Source: a bacterium
GTDB taxonomy: Bacteria > Bdellovibrionota_C > UBA2361 > CALJRW01
Reading direction: 5' to 3'
DNA: 64,000 bases
Assembly (NCBI GenBank): GCA_031385045.1
Contig: JANNBC010000016.1
Span: 15,375 to 79,374, forward strand
Under the pieces are notes generated by a model. It was not told where the DNA came from, did not search any database, and saw nothing but the letters and a program-made list of their open reading frames with translations. This document shows, piece after piece, positions 1 through 9,324 of this stretch (position 1 is its first letter; every line of letters starts with the position of its first letter). The position numbers and the translations under genes were made by a program.

Positions 1-252
1 AAACATGGCTTAACTCATCAAGGGTATAACTCTATTCCTGCTATCTTGCGGAAAGCACCTCAAGAAGAACAAGTAGTCGCCGCGCAGCCAAAAATTTATT
101 TAAATGAAAAACTTAAACTTATTCTTAAATCTTTACTAAATCGGGAAACGATTGAGGCCAAGCAACATGCCAAGGAGTTAATGGCCAAGATTACTAATTG
201 GTTTGAGCAAGATGATACCGTAGCACCTCGTTTTGATTGGTCTGTTAACTAA
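1..252 (+). CDS. 3' end of a gene entering from upstream of the window (hypothetical protein)
   Basis: Frame 1 is open from nt 1 to the TAA at 250-252, so the TTG at 46 in the ORF track is probably internal. No recognisable motif. Confidence 0.4.
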   Translation, partial: KHGLTHQGYNSIPAILRKAPQEEQVVAAQPKIYLNEKLKLILKSLLNRETIEAKQHAKELMAKITNWFEQDDTVAPRFDWSVN

Positions 253-483
253 TTTTAGTTACTATTACTGATTTGTAAACCTTCACGTATTTGTAAAAGT
301 TTCAAAGGAACAAATCCCCTTAAAGGGGTCAATTTACGAAGTAAATTGGGGGTGGAGACACTATCCGTTCACACTACTCGACAAAATCATTTCCGCCGTT
401 GCACCATGTGCTATGGCGGACAAGCTAGATTCTAACCAAGGAATAAATTAGTTTTTGCTCTAATAAAACCTTTTCAAAACACT

Positions 484-1530
484 TTAATCTTCGCCGTGAA
501 CGGATACACTGATTTTTCCTTGTTCAATTTTAAAGAGTGCTGTTGGGATACTTAAATATTGATCGTCCTTAGTTTTTACTAATCGTGAAGTACTGTGTGC
601 TCCTTCATAACCATCTATTGATAATATTTTAGCCATTAAGCTAGTAGTAGCTTGATTAGCAAGCGCCAGTGTTAAGATCCTTCCAACATCGTACATAATA
701 GCAACGGAGATGATATGGTATTGATCTGGGTGGGTAGCGGTATAGTTGTTAATGAAATCAGCACTCAAGGCTGACGAGAAAAAATAAATTGTTTTTTGAT
801 AATTTTTAGTAGCATCGAGATCCGCTGTAGCTTCGATAAAGTTACAGGCAAAAACTTCTGGTTGATAATCAAGTTGCTTTAATTGTTTAATGAATATTCC
901 GTTATCCCCTGGGTTTAGACAAATAGCAAAATTTTTGACTGCTTGGCTTTTAGCTCTGAGTATTAAGGATTTAAAATCTTGTTGCGAAGCAGGTAACTCG
1001 GCTAAAGATTTACTAGGAGAGTCATAGCGTGCGTATAATTCTTTCCCCCAAAGGGAGCTGTAGTTATGAGGATGAACTACTACTTGCAATGAACCAGTAG
1101 CTTTTTCATTTAGAATTTTCGCAGTTGCTAGAAATTCTTCCTCTGGTGTTGTGCCAAGTCTAATAACATAAGGATTGTTAAGAAAAATTGGCTCTTTGCT
1201 AGCCCAGATAATTGTTGGGATTTTAAATTTAAGAGCCAGGGGAGCAATTGCTGTGCCTGTGACCGTATCTCCCACAATCATGACTTGCACTTTATCTTTT
1301 TCAATTAGTTTGTGAAAAGAGGCAATTGTTTTAGCTGGAGCAAATTGGTCATCTTCATATATAAATTCAATTTGTTTTTTGGCGTCGGCCATTTGCAAGC
1401 CTTGGCGATAGGCATTGCCATAAGTTGACCAAGGGCCAGAGAACCCAGCGATTACTCCAACCTTTAATCTTTCAGCTTGTAAATTAAAAGTTGGCAGAAC
1501 TAGTAAAGTGAGCAGTAAGATTCTAAACAT
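484..1530 (-). CDS. periplasmic substrate-binding protein, type-I PBP / Leu-Ile-Val-binding (LivK-like) family
   Basis: 348 aa. N-terminal signal peptide (MFRILLLTLLVLPTFNLQA). 'LKVGVIAGFSGPWSTYGNAYRQGLQMA' is typical of the branched-chain amino-acid binding family. No permease or ATPase genes adjacent. Confidence 0.7.
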   Translation of the reverse strand: MFRILLLTLLVLPTFNLQAERLKVGVIAGFSGPWSTYGNAYRQGLQMADAKKQIEFIYEDDQFAPAKTIASFHKLIEKDKVQVMIVGDTVTGTAIAPLALKFKIPTIIWASKEPIFLNNPYVIRLGTTPEEEFLATAKILNEKATGSLQVVVHPHNYSSLWGKELYARYDSPSKSLAELPASQQDFKSLILRAKSQAVKNFAICLNPGDNGIFIKQLKQLDYQPEVFACNFIEATADLDATKNYQKTIYFFSSALSADFINNYTATHPDQYHIISVAIMYDVGRILTLALANQATTSLMAKILSIDGYEGAHSTSRLVKTKDDQYLSIPTALFKIEQGKISVSVHGED

Positions 1531-1536
1531 TAATTT

Positions 1537-2013
1537 CTACTTTAACAAACTAAGGTACTCAGCAAATAGCTTTCGTTCTAATCTTCGCATTCGATCTGCT
1601 TCTGATTTGCTAACATTTACATGATCGTACCCCATTAAATGCAAAAGTCCATGAATACTTAAACGCAGGACTTCGTGATCAAGAGAATGGTGATACTTTT
1701 TAGCTTGCACTTTGGCAGTATCAAGAGAAATAACTACATCTCCCAGTTGGTTATTGTGGGAAAAATCTGGGTCGATGATTTCTGGTATTTGTGATTCAAT
1801 CTGGGAAAAGGAAAGAACATCAGTTGGTTTATCTTTATTGCGATAGGTTAAATTTAAATGGTGAACCTCAACATCGGTTGTTAGCAAAAAAGATACCGAG
1901 TTAATTTGGCTAGGTATATTCTTCCAGTCCGAGTCGTTTAAGATTTTCGCCAGAATTTTCTTGAATCCCAGGTTTTTCAGTTTGATTGTTCGGTGCTTTT
2001 TTTGAAGAGTCAC
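1537..2013 (-). CDS. ybeY: endoribonuclease YbeY (rRNA maturation factor)
   Basis: 'NLTYRNKDKPTDVLSF' and the zinc motif 'HGLLHLMGYDH'. The ORF is open up to ATG 2160. A GTG at 2011-2013 gives a canonical ~158-aa YbeY; ATG 2100 and ATG 2160 are alternatives. The start is uncertain. Confidence 0.85.
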   Translation of the reverse strand: MTLQKKHRTIKLKNLGFKKILAKILNDSDWKNIPSQINSVSFLLTTDVEVHHLNLTYRNKDKPTDVLSFSQIESQIPEIIDPDFSHNNQLGDVVISLDTAKVQAKKYHHSLDHEVLRLSIHGLLHLMGYDHVNVSKSEADRMRRLERKLFAEYLSLLK

Positions 2014-3589
2014 CTGCCATTTCTTTTTCGTTAGGTTGGGTGACTTTTTCAGATTTTCTTTTTTGCCTGCTATCTTCAATGTTTTTGTCGGTTTTTTCAT
2101 TTTTTGCTGGGTGTTTATCGTCGTGTTCATCGTAAGAGATTCTTTGATGATAGATACCATTTAATGTTCTAGTAAAACAACGGGCAACTTTATGTAAATC
2201 TCTAAGTGTCAGATCGGTCTCTTCTAACTGCCCACTAGCAAAGATCTTATTAATCATCTTTTGCACATGCATTTGGATTCGGTCAACTGAAAACTCGGTT
2301 AATGTTCGGGAAGAAGATTCAATAACATCAGCTAACATTAAGATTCCTGCCTCTCTAGTTTGAGGTTTTGGGCCTGAGTAGCTGTAAAGACTCTGATCAA
2401 CTTCTGTTGTTTCACCATGCTCTTCAGATTCTTTACAGGCCTTGTTGTAGAAGTATTCAATCATCCCAGTGCCATGATGCTGTTGAATTAAATCAATAAT
2501 TGCTTGTGGTAAGCGATGCTCTTTGGCCATTTCTACACCATCTTTGACGTGAGCTCTAATAATTAGCGAAGACATTGAAGGGCTTAAACGATCGTGACGA
2601 TTCTCATTACCTTTTTGATTTTCTACAAAATAAATTGGTTTTTTTGCTTTGCCGATATCATGAAAATACGCACCAACTCGAGAGAGAACTTTATTTGCTC
2701 CAACTTCATCCGCAGCAGCTTCAACCATCATTCCTACAACCATGGAATGGTTCCAAGTTCCAGGGGCTTGAACACTTAGTTCTTTCAGGAGTGGATGATC
2801 TAATGTGGACATTTCGATTAATCGTAAATCTGTCACATAGCCACCGATATGCTCAAGGAGTGGAGTGAAGGCTGCGGCAATTGCGACGGCTAGTAAACCA
2901 GAAACTAGTGGGGAGAGGATTCTAAAGAATATTTCTGCGGTGGAAATGTAATCCTGATGAATAACTGCGACGATGCTAAAAGGTACCGCAATAATACCAA
3001 TTTTTAGTGCGGCCCGTAAGTATGTGGAGCGAGATCTTAAATCAGATAAGCTTAAGCAAGCGATTAAATTTGTTAACAGAACATAGGGGATAATTAATGG
3101 ATCGTTTGGTAAGTAAAATCCAACGATAATCGAGAAGCAAATTCCAAAAACTAATCCATAGTTTAAACCTTTTACCGCAGCAATTAACAGTCCACCAAAA
3201 GCAAATGGTACGGCAAAGCGTAACGCCTGAGAAGTTACACCAACTAAGCTTGGAAATTTAGAAGCAAAATATTCAGTGAAAGCTAGGGTGGTAATATTCC
3301 CAAACCAAAAAACGAATACGGAAAGAATTAACATCCCATGAATTAGGACCAGATCTTTGTATTGCGGACGAAAACGCACCATGCTTTGAATGGCGTAATA
3401 TTGAATGACAGAAAGCGAGATGAAAATTATTGCGACACGTCCGATAGTGGATTCAATGGAATTGTTTCCAATAAATTTCTGAAAAAGAAATTCTCCAAAA
3501 ACTGTCGTGAGCAAAGTCAGTAACAGCAGGCCTGAATATCTTTTAATTTCTGGATTATCACTAAAAAGATTATTGCTCATGATTCTCAA
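1910..3589 (-). CDS. membrane-bound HD-domain phosphohydrolase (7TM-HD, PgpH/YqfF-like)
   Basis: 559 aa with multiple N-terminal TM helices, followed by HD-domain motifs 'YFHDIGK' and 'QQHHGTGMIEYF'. Conserved position between phoH and ybeY. Carries a K/E-rich ~70-aa C-terminal tail. Confidence 0.85.
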   Translation of the reverse strand: MRIMSNNLFSDNPEIKRYSGLLLLTLLTTVFGEFLFQKFIGNNSIESTIGRVAIIFISLSVIQYYAIQSMVRFRPQYKDLVLIHGMLILSVFVFWFGNITTLAFTEYFASKFPSLVGVTSQALRFAVPFAFGGLLIAAVKGLNYGLVFGICFSIIVGFYLPNDPLIIPYVLLTNLIACLSLSDLRSRSTYLRAALKIGIIAVPFSIVAVIHQDYISTAEIFFRILSPLVSGLLAVAIAAAFTPLLEHIGGYVTDLRLIEMSTLDHPLLKELSVQAPGTWNHSMVVGMMVEAAADEVGANKVLSRVGAYFHDIGKAKKPIYFVENQKGNENRHDRLSPSMSSLIIRAHVKDGVEMAKEHRLPQAIIDLIQQHHGTGMIEYFYNKACKESEEHGETTEVDQSLYSYSGPKPQTREAGILMLADVIESSSRTLTEFSVDRIQMHVQKMINKIFASGQLEETDLTLRDLHKVARCFTRTLNGIYHQRISYDEHDDKHPAKNEKTDKNIEDSRQKRKSEKVTQPNEKEMAGDSSKKAPNNQTEKPGIQENSGENLKRLGLEEYT

Positions 3590-3655
3590 CCTTTTGGATC
3601 ACAAAAGTTCAAACTATTTAATTGCTTAGAAGATGAGTATCCCCAAAAGGGAGAG

Positions 3656-4645
3656 TTAAACATTATAACTATTATAAGCCCTAATAATTTCAGCAACAAG
3701 GCGATGTCTAATCACATCTGTTTCATCAAAATGAATAATTTTCATTCCGGAACAATCTTTTAGCACATGCAACGCCTGCTTTAAACCAGATTCTTCATGG
3801 CGTGGTAAGTCAATTTGAGTAATATCTCCCGTAACCAGGCATTTAGAGCCTTGTCCTAGGCGCGTCAGGAACATTTTCATTTGTCCACAGCTAGTGTTTT
3901 GGGCTTCATCTAAAATAACAACTGCATTACTTAATGTTCTTCCACGCATAAAAGCTAAGGGAGCTACTTCAATTGCGCCCTTCTCAATTAATTCATTTCC
4001 TTGTTCCACGCCAACTAAGTCATAGAGTGCGTCATAGAGTGGACGAAGATAGGGATTCACTTTTTCTGTTAAGTCACCTGGTAAAAATCCAAGTTTTTCA
4101 CCAGCTTCAACTGCTGGTCTTGTTAAGATAATTCTTTTGACTTCCTTATTCAGTAAAGCCGAGACAGCCATGGCCATTGCTAAGTAAGTCTTACCAGTTC
4201 CTGCTGGTCCAATACCAAAGACCAGATCGTACTGTCGCAAAGCTTCTAAATATTGTTTTTGGTTAACAGTCTTTGGAAAAACACTTTTATTGCGGCCATT
4301 AATATGAATTTTATCAGCCATTAACTGTGATAGCTGAGCATTTCGATCGCCAGATAATATTTTAATTGCTCTTTTTAGATCCCCTTCAGAGAAATGTTGA
4401 TCGCTGTCTAGGACACTTGTTAGTTGAGTGAAAAGATCGGTTGCTAAATCTACTGAACTACCTGGTCCCAAGATTGTAATTCCATGTGAAGTACTAGTAA
4501 GTTTAAGATCTAAAAGCTTCTCGGCTGATTTTAAGAGAGCATCTTGATTGGCACTAAGTGTTTTTAAATGATCGTTACTTAAATTAACAAAAGCTTCTTT
4601 TTTTGTTTCACTAATATTTTTAATCGACTTATCTTTATCTGTCAT
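3656..4645 (-). CDS. phoH: PhoH-family ATPase
   Basis: Walker A 'GPAGTGKTYLA' and 'VILDEAQN'. Conserved phoH-HD-ybeY synteny. Confidence 0.9.
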   Translation of the reverse strand: MTDKDKSIKNISETKKEAFVNLSNDHLKTLSANQDALLKSAEKLLDLKLTSTSHGITILGPGSSVDLATDLFTQLTSVLDSDQHFSEGDLKRAIKILSGDRNAQLSQLMADKIHINGRNKSVFPKTVNQKQYLEALRQYDLVFGIGPAGTGKTYLAMAMAVSALLNKEVKRIILTRPAVEAGEKLGFLPGDLTEKVNPYLRPLYDALYDLVGVEQGNELIEKGAIEVAPLAFMRGRTLSNAVVILDEAQNTSCGQMKMFLTRLGQGSKCLVTGDITQIDLPRHEESGLKQALHVLKDCSGMKIIHFDETDVIRHRLVAEIIRAYNSYNV

Positions 4646-4717
4646 TCATTATCCATATTACTCTACCAACTAGTAATCCACTAGGACTTTTCTCTAGCTA
4701 GTTAGAGTCAATTAAAA

Positions 4718-7354
4718 TTATTGATCACTTACCAAGGCAAAAAATTTATCCAAAGCAGGTTGTAGATCTTTTGGTTCTAAACCACCACCCTGAGCAAAAT
4801 CAGCCCGACCTCCACCTCGACCACCAAACAATTTTAAGCTATCACCCAGAGCTTTGCCAACGTTAATGGAATTCTTTAAATCTCCAGTCGCACCAGAGAT
4901 AACAATGTTCGTTCCATCAGACATTTGGCTAGCCAGAGTTACAACTCCACTGCCTAATTTGAGACGCACACGATCAACAAGTGTTCTAAGTGAGTCTTGG
5001 TCTAGATTATCGACCGTTCCAACAACGACCTTTAGTCCTGATTTAGTTATTTGTTGAGTTTGGCAGAGTTCGTCCGCCTCATTAACAGCAAGTTTTGATT
5101 TTAACTGCTGGATTTCACGCTCACCTTGCTTTAAGCGTTCCATTGTTTTTTGAAGTTTTTCCAAGAGGTTTGCTTGATCAACTTTAAGAATTTCAGCAAT
5201 CTGCAGGCGTTCTTCTGTTAATTCACTAAGTCTTTGTTCGGCAACAAGCCCAGCGACACATTCAATCCGACGAGTTCCCGTAGCAATCCCTGATTCAGAA
5301 GTGATTGTTAGAAAACCAATCTCTCCACTAGCTGAAGCATGTGTGCCTCCACAGAGTTCGGTTGAGTTTGGTCCAATATGTACAACTCGCACTTGATCGG
5401 AATACTTCTCATCAAAAAGTGCCATGGCTCCAGTTGCTTTTGCTGTCTCTAGATCCATGATTTTTGTTTCGATTGGATAGTTGTTTCGAATCTCTTGGTT
5501 AACCCAAGCTTGAATCTCTTGTAATTCCTTTGGCGTTACAGATTCAAAGTGAGAGTAATCAAAGCGAAGCGAGTTGCTATCGACTCTTGATCCTGCTTGT
5601 TTCACATGAGTACCTAAGAATTTTCTAAGTCCCGCATGTACTAAGTGAGTTGCTGAGTGATGAGCTCGGATTATTTGGCGACGAGTAACATCTACTTGTA
5701 GCTCAGCTTTTGAACCAAGATCTTTCTCTGAAATTGTCCCTGAAAGTAATTCGCAATAATGCAGGAAATATTTACCAGAGATTTTTTGAGTATTAAGAAC
5801 TTTTAAATTAGCATCCTTAAATTTAATTTCACCTGTGTCTCCGACTTGACCACCTGACTCAGCGTAAAAAGGTGTACTGTCGAAGAACAGGCTAAAGTTA
5901 CCTTCCTCATGAGTAATTAATTGTTTTAATTCTGAGGTGCTAGTCAAAGCCTCGTATCCTAAAAACTTTGTTTCCGGAGCTGAGACATTCACAGAGCTAT
6001 AGGTAATATTTTGAGATTCGCGATCTAAGCGAGAACGATCTTTTTGTTCATTCATTGCTAAATCAAATTCTTGACGATCAACACTAATGCCATGAATCTT
6101 TAAGGCATCTTCTGTTAGATCCAATGGAAAGCCATAAGTGTCATGCAGTAAAAATGCTGTTCTCCCAGAAAGGCTTTTAGCCTTCCCAAGTTTTTTAACT
6201 TCTTCTTCTAAGTACTCCAAGCCACTATCAAGTGTTTCGTTAAATTTCGATTCTTCCGCGCTAGCAATTCGTAGAATTAAATCTTTACTTGCTGCTAGCT
6301 CTGGGTAGGCATCTGACATAATGCTAATTAATTTCTCACAAGTCTTAGCTAAAAATAAATCTTTAAAATTTAAGACCCTGCCATGGCGAATTGCCCGGCG
6401 AATTAAGCGACGTAAAACATAACCGCGCCCATCACTAGCAGGGTTTACTCCATCAGCAATCAGAAAAGAAATAGATCTCGTGTGATCAGCAATCACGCGC
6501 ATTGCGACGTCTCGGGCATAGTTTATGTCCGTTTTTAAATCTCGAACAGTGTAGTCACGACCATCATACTTATAACCAGAGATTTCTTCACAAGTACTAA
6601 TCACACCTCGGAGAGAGTCAGTATCATAGTTTCCAGCGAATCCATTTAGAATAGAAACTGCACGTTCCAGTCCCATACCAGTATCAATCGAAGGTTTTGG
6701 AAGTGGATTCATAACGCCACTGGTATCACGATTAAATTGCATGAAAACTAAGTTCCAAAATTCAAGGTAGCTACCATCATCTTTTCGAAAATCAGCTTCA
6801 CACTGAGACTCTGGTTTGTTGCCAACATAGTAATGCAACTCGGAGCAAGGCCCACAAGGACCAGTATCGCCCATTGCCCAAAAATTATCAGCTTCTCCAC
6901 ATTTTAAGATTCGATCAGGAGAGACTCCAACTTCTTGCCAGAGTTTGCCGGCTTCATCATCATTTTCAAAAATTGTGATCCAAAGTCGGCTAACATCAAA
7001 TTTAAGATATTTAGTGGAGAATTCCCAAGCATAAGCAATGGCATCTTTCTTGAAATAATCACCAAAGGAGAAATTACCCATCATTTCAAAGAAGGTATGG
7101 TGTCGTGCAGTTACTCCAACATTCTCTAAGTCATTGTGTTTCCCGCTAATTCGCATGCACTTTTGAGCGGTAGTAGCCCGAGAATACTCTCTTTTTTCTG
7201 CTCCTAAGAATAAATCTTTAAACTGATTCATTCCTGCATTAGAGAAAAGCAAAGTTGGGTCATCCTTAGGTACTAAAGATGAACTAGAAACGATTTGGTG
7301 ACCTTTGCTGGCAAAGAAATCAAGATATGCTTGGCGTGCTTGTTTGGTATTCAT
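4718..7354 (-). CDS. alaS: alanine--tRNA ligase
   Basis: 878 aa. 'FFASKGHQIVSSSSLVP..DPTLLFSNAGMNQFK', the editing-domain 'HSATHL' motif, and a C-terminal DHHA1-like region. Confidence 0.97.
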   Translation of the reverse strand: MNTKQARQAYLDFFASKGHQIVSSSSLVPKDDPTLLFSNAGMNQFKDLFLGAEKREYSRATTAQKCMRISGKHNDLENVGVTARHHTFFEMMGNFSFGDYFKKDAIAYAWEFSTKYLKFDVSRLWITIFENDDEAGKLWQEVGVSPDRILKCGEADNFWAMGDTGPCGPCSELHYYVGNKPESQCEADFRKDDGSYLEFWNLVFMQFNRDTSGVMNPLPKPSIDTGMGLERAVSILNGFAGNYDTDSLRGVISTCEEISGYKYDGRDYTVRDLKTDINYARDVAMRVIADHTRSISFLIADGVNPASDGRGYVLRRLIRRAIRHGRVLNFKDLFLAKTCEKLISIMSDAYPELAASKDLILRIASAEESKFNETLDSGLEYLEEEVKKLGKAKSLSGRTAFLLHDTYGFPLDLTEDALKIHGISVDRQEFDLAMNEQKDRSRLDRESQNITYSSVNVSAPETKFLGYEALTSTSELKQLITHEEGNFSLFFDSTPFYAESGGQVGDTGEIKFKDANLKVLNTQKISGKYFLHYCELLSGTISEKDLGSKAELQVDVTRRQIIRAHHSATHLVHAGLRKFLGTHVKQAGSRVDSNSLRFDYSHFESVTPKELQEIQAWVNQEIRNNYPIETKIMDLETAKATGAMALFDEKYSDQVRVVHIGPNSTELCGGTHASASGEIGFLTITSESGIATGTRRIECVAGLVAEQRLSELTEERLQIAEILKVDQANLLEKLQKTMERLKQGEREIQQLKSKLAVNEADELCQTQQITKSGLKVVVGTVDNLDQDSLRTLVDRVRLKLGSGVVTLASQMSDGTNIVISGATGDLKNSINVGKALGDSLKLFGGRGGGRADFAQGGGLEPKDLQPALDKFFALVSDQ

Positions 7355-7507
7355 AGACTCGCCAATATAACAAGAAAAATCGGACAGGTCATCTTTTTAT
7401 TTCAAGAGTAGTTTTTAGTAGAAAAGCCAATCTGACGGAAATACTTTTGAAAATCAGAGTAATGTTTTATGGTAAGAATGCTTTCAACTTTAATTTTAGA
7501 ATTAACT

Positions 7508-8002
7508 ATGGCTCGATCAACAAACTTTCAAGGTAAGCCTTTAACATTACTTGGCCAGGAACTTAAGGTAGGTCAAAAACTTCCTACATTTAAGATCACT
7601 GCCAATGATATGTCGGATGCAACTAATAGTGATTTTGCTGGTAAAAAACTAATTATTGTTACAGTACCAAGCTTGGATACCTCTGTTTGCTCAATGGAAT
7701 CCAAGAAGTTTAATGATCAGGCGGCTAGCTTAGGGTCCGATGTTTTGGTGTTGGTCATTAGCCGAGATTTGCCTTTCGCCCAAAAGCGTTGGTGCGGAGC
7801 TGAAGGAGTAGAAAATATCAAGACTTTTAGTGATTATAAATATCGCAACGTTGCGGAAAACTTTGGTGTTTTAATAGAAGATTGGCAATTATTATCAAGA
7901 GCAATTTTTGTTGCAAATGCCGATGGCATAATTGAATATCTTGAGTATGTTCCTGAGATTGTAGCAGAGCCTGATTATCAAGCAGTTTGGAAGGCGATTT
8001 AA
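7508..8002 (+). CDS. tpx: thiol peroxidase (atypical 2-Cys peroxiredoxin Tpx)
   Basis: 'VPSLDTSVCSMESKKFN' and 'FAQKRWC'. The start is placed at internal ATG 7508, giving ~164 aa. The ORF track starts at 7469. Confidence 0.9.
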   Translation: MARSTNFQGKPLTLLGQELKVGQKLPTFKITANDMSDATNSDFAGKKLIIVTVPSLDTSVCSMESKKFNDQAASLGSDVLVLVISRDLPFAQKRWCGAEGVENIKTFSDYKYRNVAENFGVLIEDWQLLSRAIFVANADGIIEYLEYVPEIVAEPDYQAVWKAI

Positions 8003-9225
8003 CTTTTAGGGTTACTTTTTAATAGCAACCCAAGAGTATAATAACTGGCGAATCTCCTTACTTGCTCTCTTGTTCCGGAGAAGAAAATTTCCTTAGTAAA
8101 AGATCGATTATTGTCAGCGTATCCTATGTAGACTGTGCCAACTGGGGGTTTTTCATTTCCACTAGTTGGCCCAGCTATGCCAGTAACAGATAAGCCAATA
8201 TCTGATTGTAATTTTTTTCTGACTCCTAGAGCCATCTCCAGTGCGCACTCAGCACTTACTGCTCCATATTGAGTTATAATCTTTGAGCTAACTTCCAAAA
8301 TATTTTCCTTTACAGAATTATGGTAGCTGACAATCGAACCAAGGAAATATTCGGAGCTCCCCGCCTGATCTGTCAATGTTTTTCCAATTAATCCTCCCGT
8401 GCAAGATTCAGCGATAGCCAGAGTTTGTTTAGATGCTATTAGTTCTTGATGGATAACCTCTAGCATACTTTGCTCTCCACAAGTTATTAAGAATTCTTTT
8501 GCTGGAAGACTTAAGACTTGCTCAGATGCTCTCTGGAGCTCAGGCAGGTTTTTACTTTTTAAGATTAGCTTATTTTCCGGAAAGCTTGTTTCGTAAATTA
8601 CTTCAATTTCCTCTGATAGTTTTAATTTTGAAACTTGATCATTTAAAGCAGACTCGGGGATATTAAAAAACACAAAACGTTTTTGAGCGATCTTCTCAGG
8701 AGTAAAGATTCTTGAAATTAGTGGCAAAATTTCTTCTTGAAAAATACCTTTAAGCTCACTCGGAACTCCTGGTAGCGAAATTAGCCAACGATTCCCCTTG
8801 TTTACTAAGAAGGATGGCGCAGTACCAAAGTTATTTTTAATAATCTGGGAACCTATCGGAAAGGTCGCTTGCTTGATATTAGATTCTGGAAACTCTCGGC
8901 CCCGATCGGCATAACGTTTCTTTTGCTTGGCTAGCTCTTCGGGATCAATTATTAATCCTGTCTGGAAAAATTTAGCAACAGCTTCTCGTGTTAGATCATC
9001 TGTTGTTGGACCAAGCCCACCACTTGTAATCACTAAGCTGATATCTTGTTGATAGGCAAAAGTTAGTGCATCAACAATGCTATCGATTTGATCAGCGCAG
9101 GTTAAGATATTTGCCACTGAGAAAGAGTTTTGACTTAATCCTTTTGCTAGGTAGTTAACATTTGTATCTAGCGTTCGACCATCTAGTAACTCGGATCCAA
9201 TTGTTAGTAGGGCAACTTTAATCAT
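7999..9225 (-). CDS. cinA: CinA family protein (MoCF-type domain plus nicotinamide-nucleotide amidase PncC domain)
   Basis: 408 aa. 'GGLGPTTDDLT', and a C-terminal 'ESCTGGL..' CinA/PncC domain. Confidence 0.9.
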   Translation of the reverse strand: MIKVALLTIGSELLDGRTLDTNVNYLAKGLSQNSFSVANILTCADQIDSIVDALTFAYQQDISLVITSGGLGPTTDDLTREAVAKFFQTGLIIDPEELAKQKKRYADRGREFPESNIKQATFPIGSQIIKNNFGTAPSFLVNKGNRWLISLPGVPSELKGIFQEEILPLISRIFTPEKIAQKRFVFFNIPESALNDQVSKLKLSEEIEVIYETSFPENKLILKSKNLPELQRASEQVLSLPAKEFLITCGEQSMLEVIHQELIASKQTLAIAESCTGGLIGKTLTDQAGSSEYFLGSIVSYHNSVKENILEVSSKIITQYGAVSAECALEMALGVRKKLQSDIGLSVTGIAGPTSGNEKPPVGTVYIGYADNNRSFTKEIFFSGTREQVRRFASYYTLGLLLKSNPKS

Positions 9226-9252
9226 AAGAAGATAGTGGTTAATACAGAGAAT

Positions 9253-9297
9253 CCAAAAAAGAATTTCCGAAAAACTTTTTCGGAAATTCTTTTTTGG
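9253..9297 (-). terminator. near-perfect 45-bp palindrome, likely an intrinsic terminator downstream of the M23 peptidase gene
   Basis: CCAAAAAAGAATTTCCGAAAA(AC)TTTTCGGAAATTCTTTTTTGG. The A/T runs are built into the stem, so it could act in both directions. Confidence 0.6.
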
Positions 9298-9324
9298 GCT
9301 TACTATAATAATTGCTAGTAAGAG

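Noticed and set aside
300-430. GC-richer hairpin patches in intergenic regions (300-430, 39610-39680, 21650-21700, 47229-47266) as one dispersed repeat family
   Set aside because: They share only short strings (for example CACTATCC at about 372 and about 39617) and a general tandem-hairpin look. I could not align them convincingly, so they are more likely independent terminator or structure elements between convergent genes.
2575-7129. Antisense or alternate-frame ORFs 2575-2868, 2594-2779, 4854-5057 and 6935-7129
   Set aside because: They lie entirely inside strongly supported genes (the HD-domain protein and alaS) on the opposite strand. None has a motif or ribosome-binding site.
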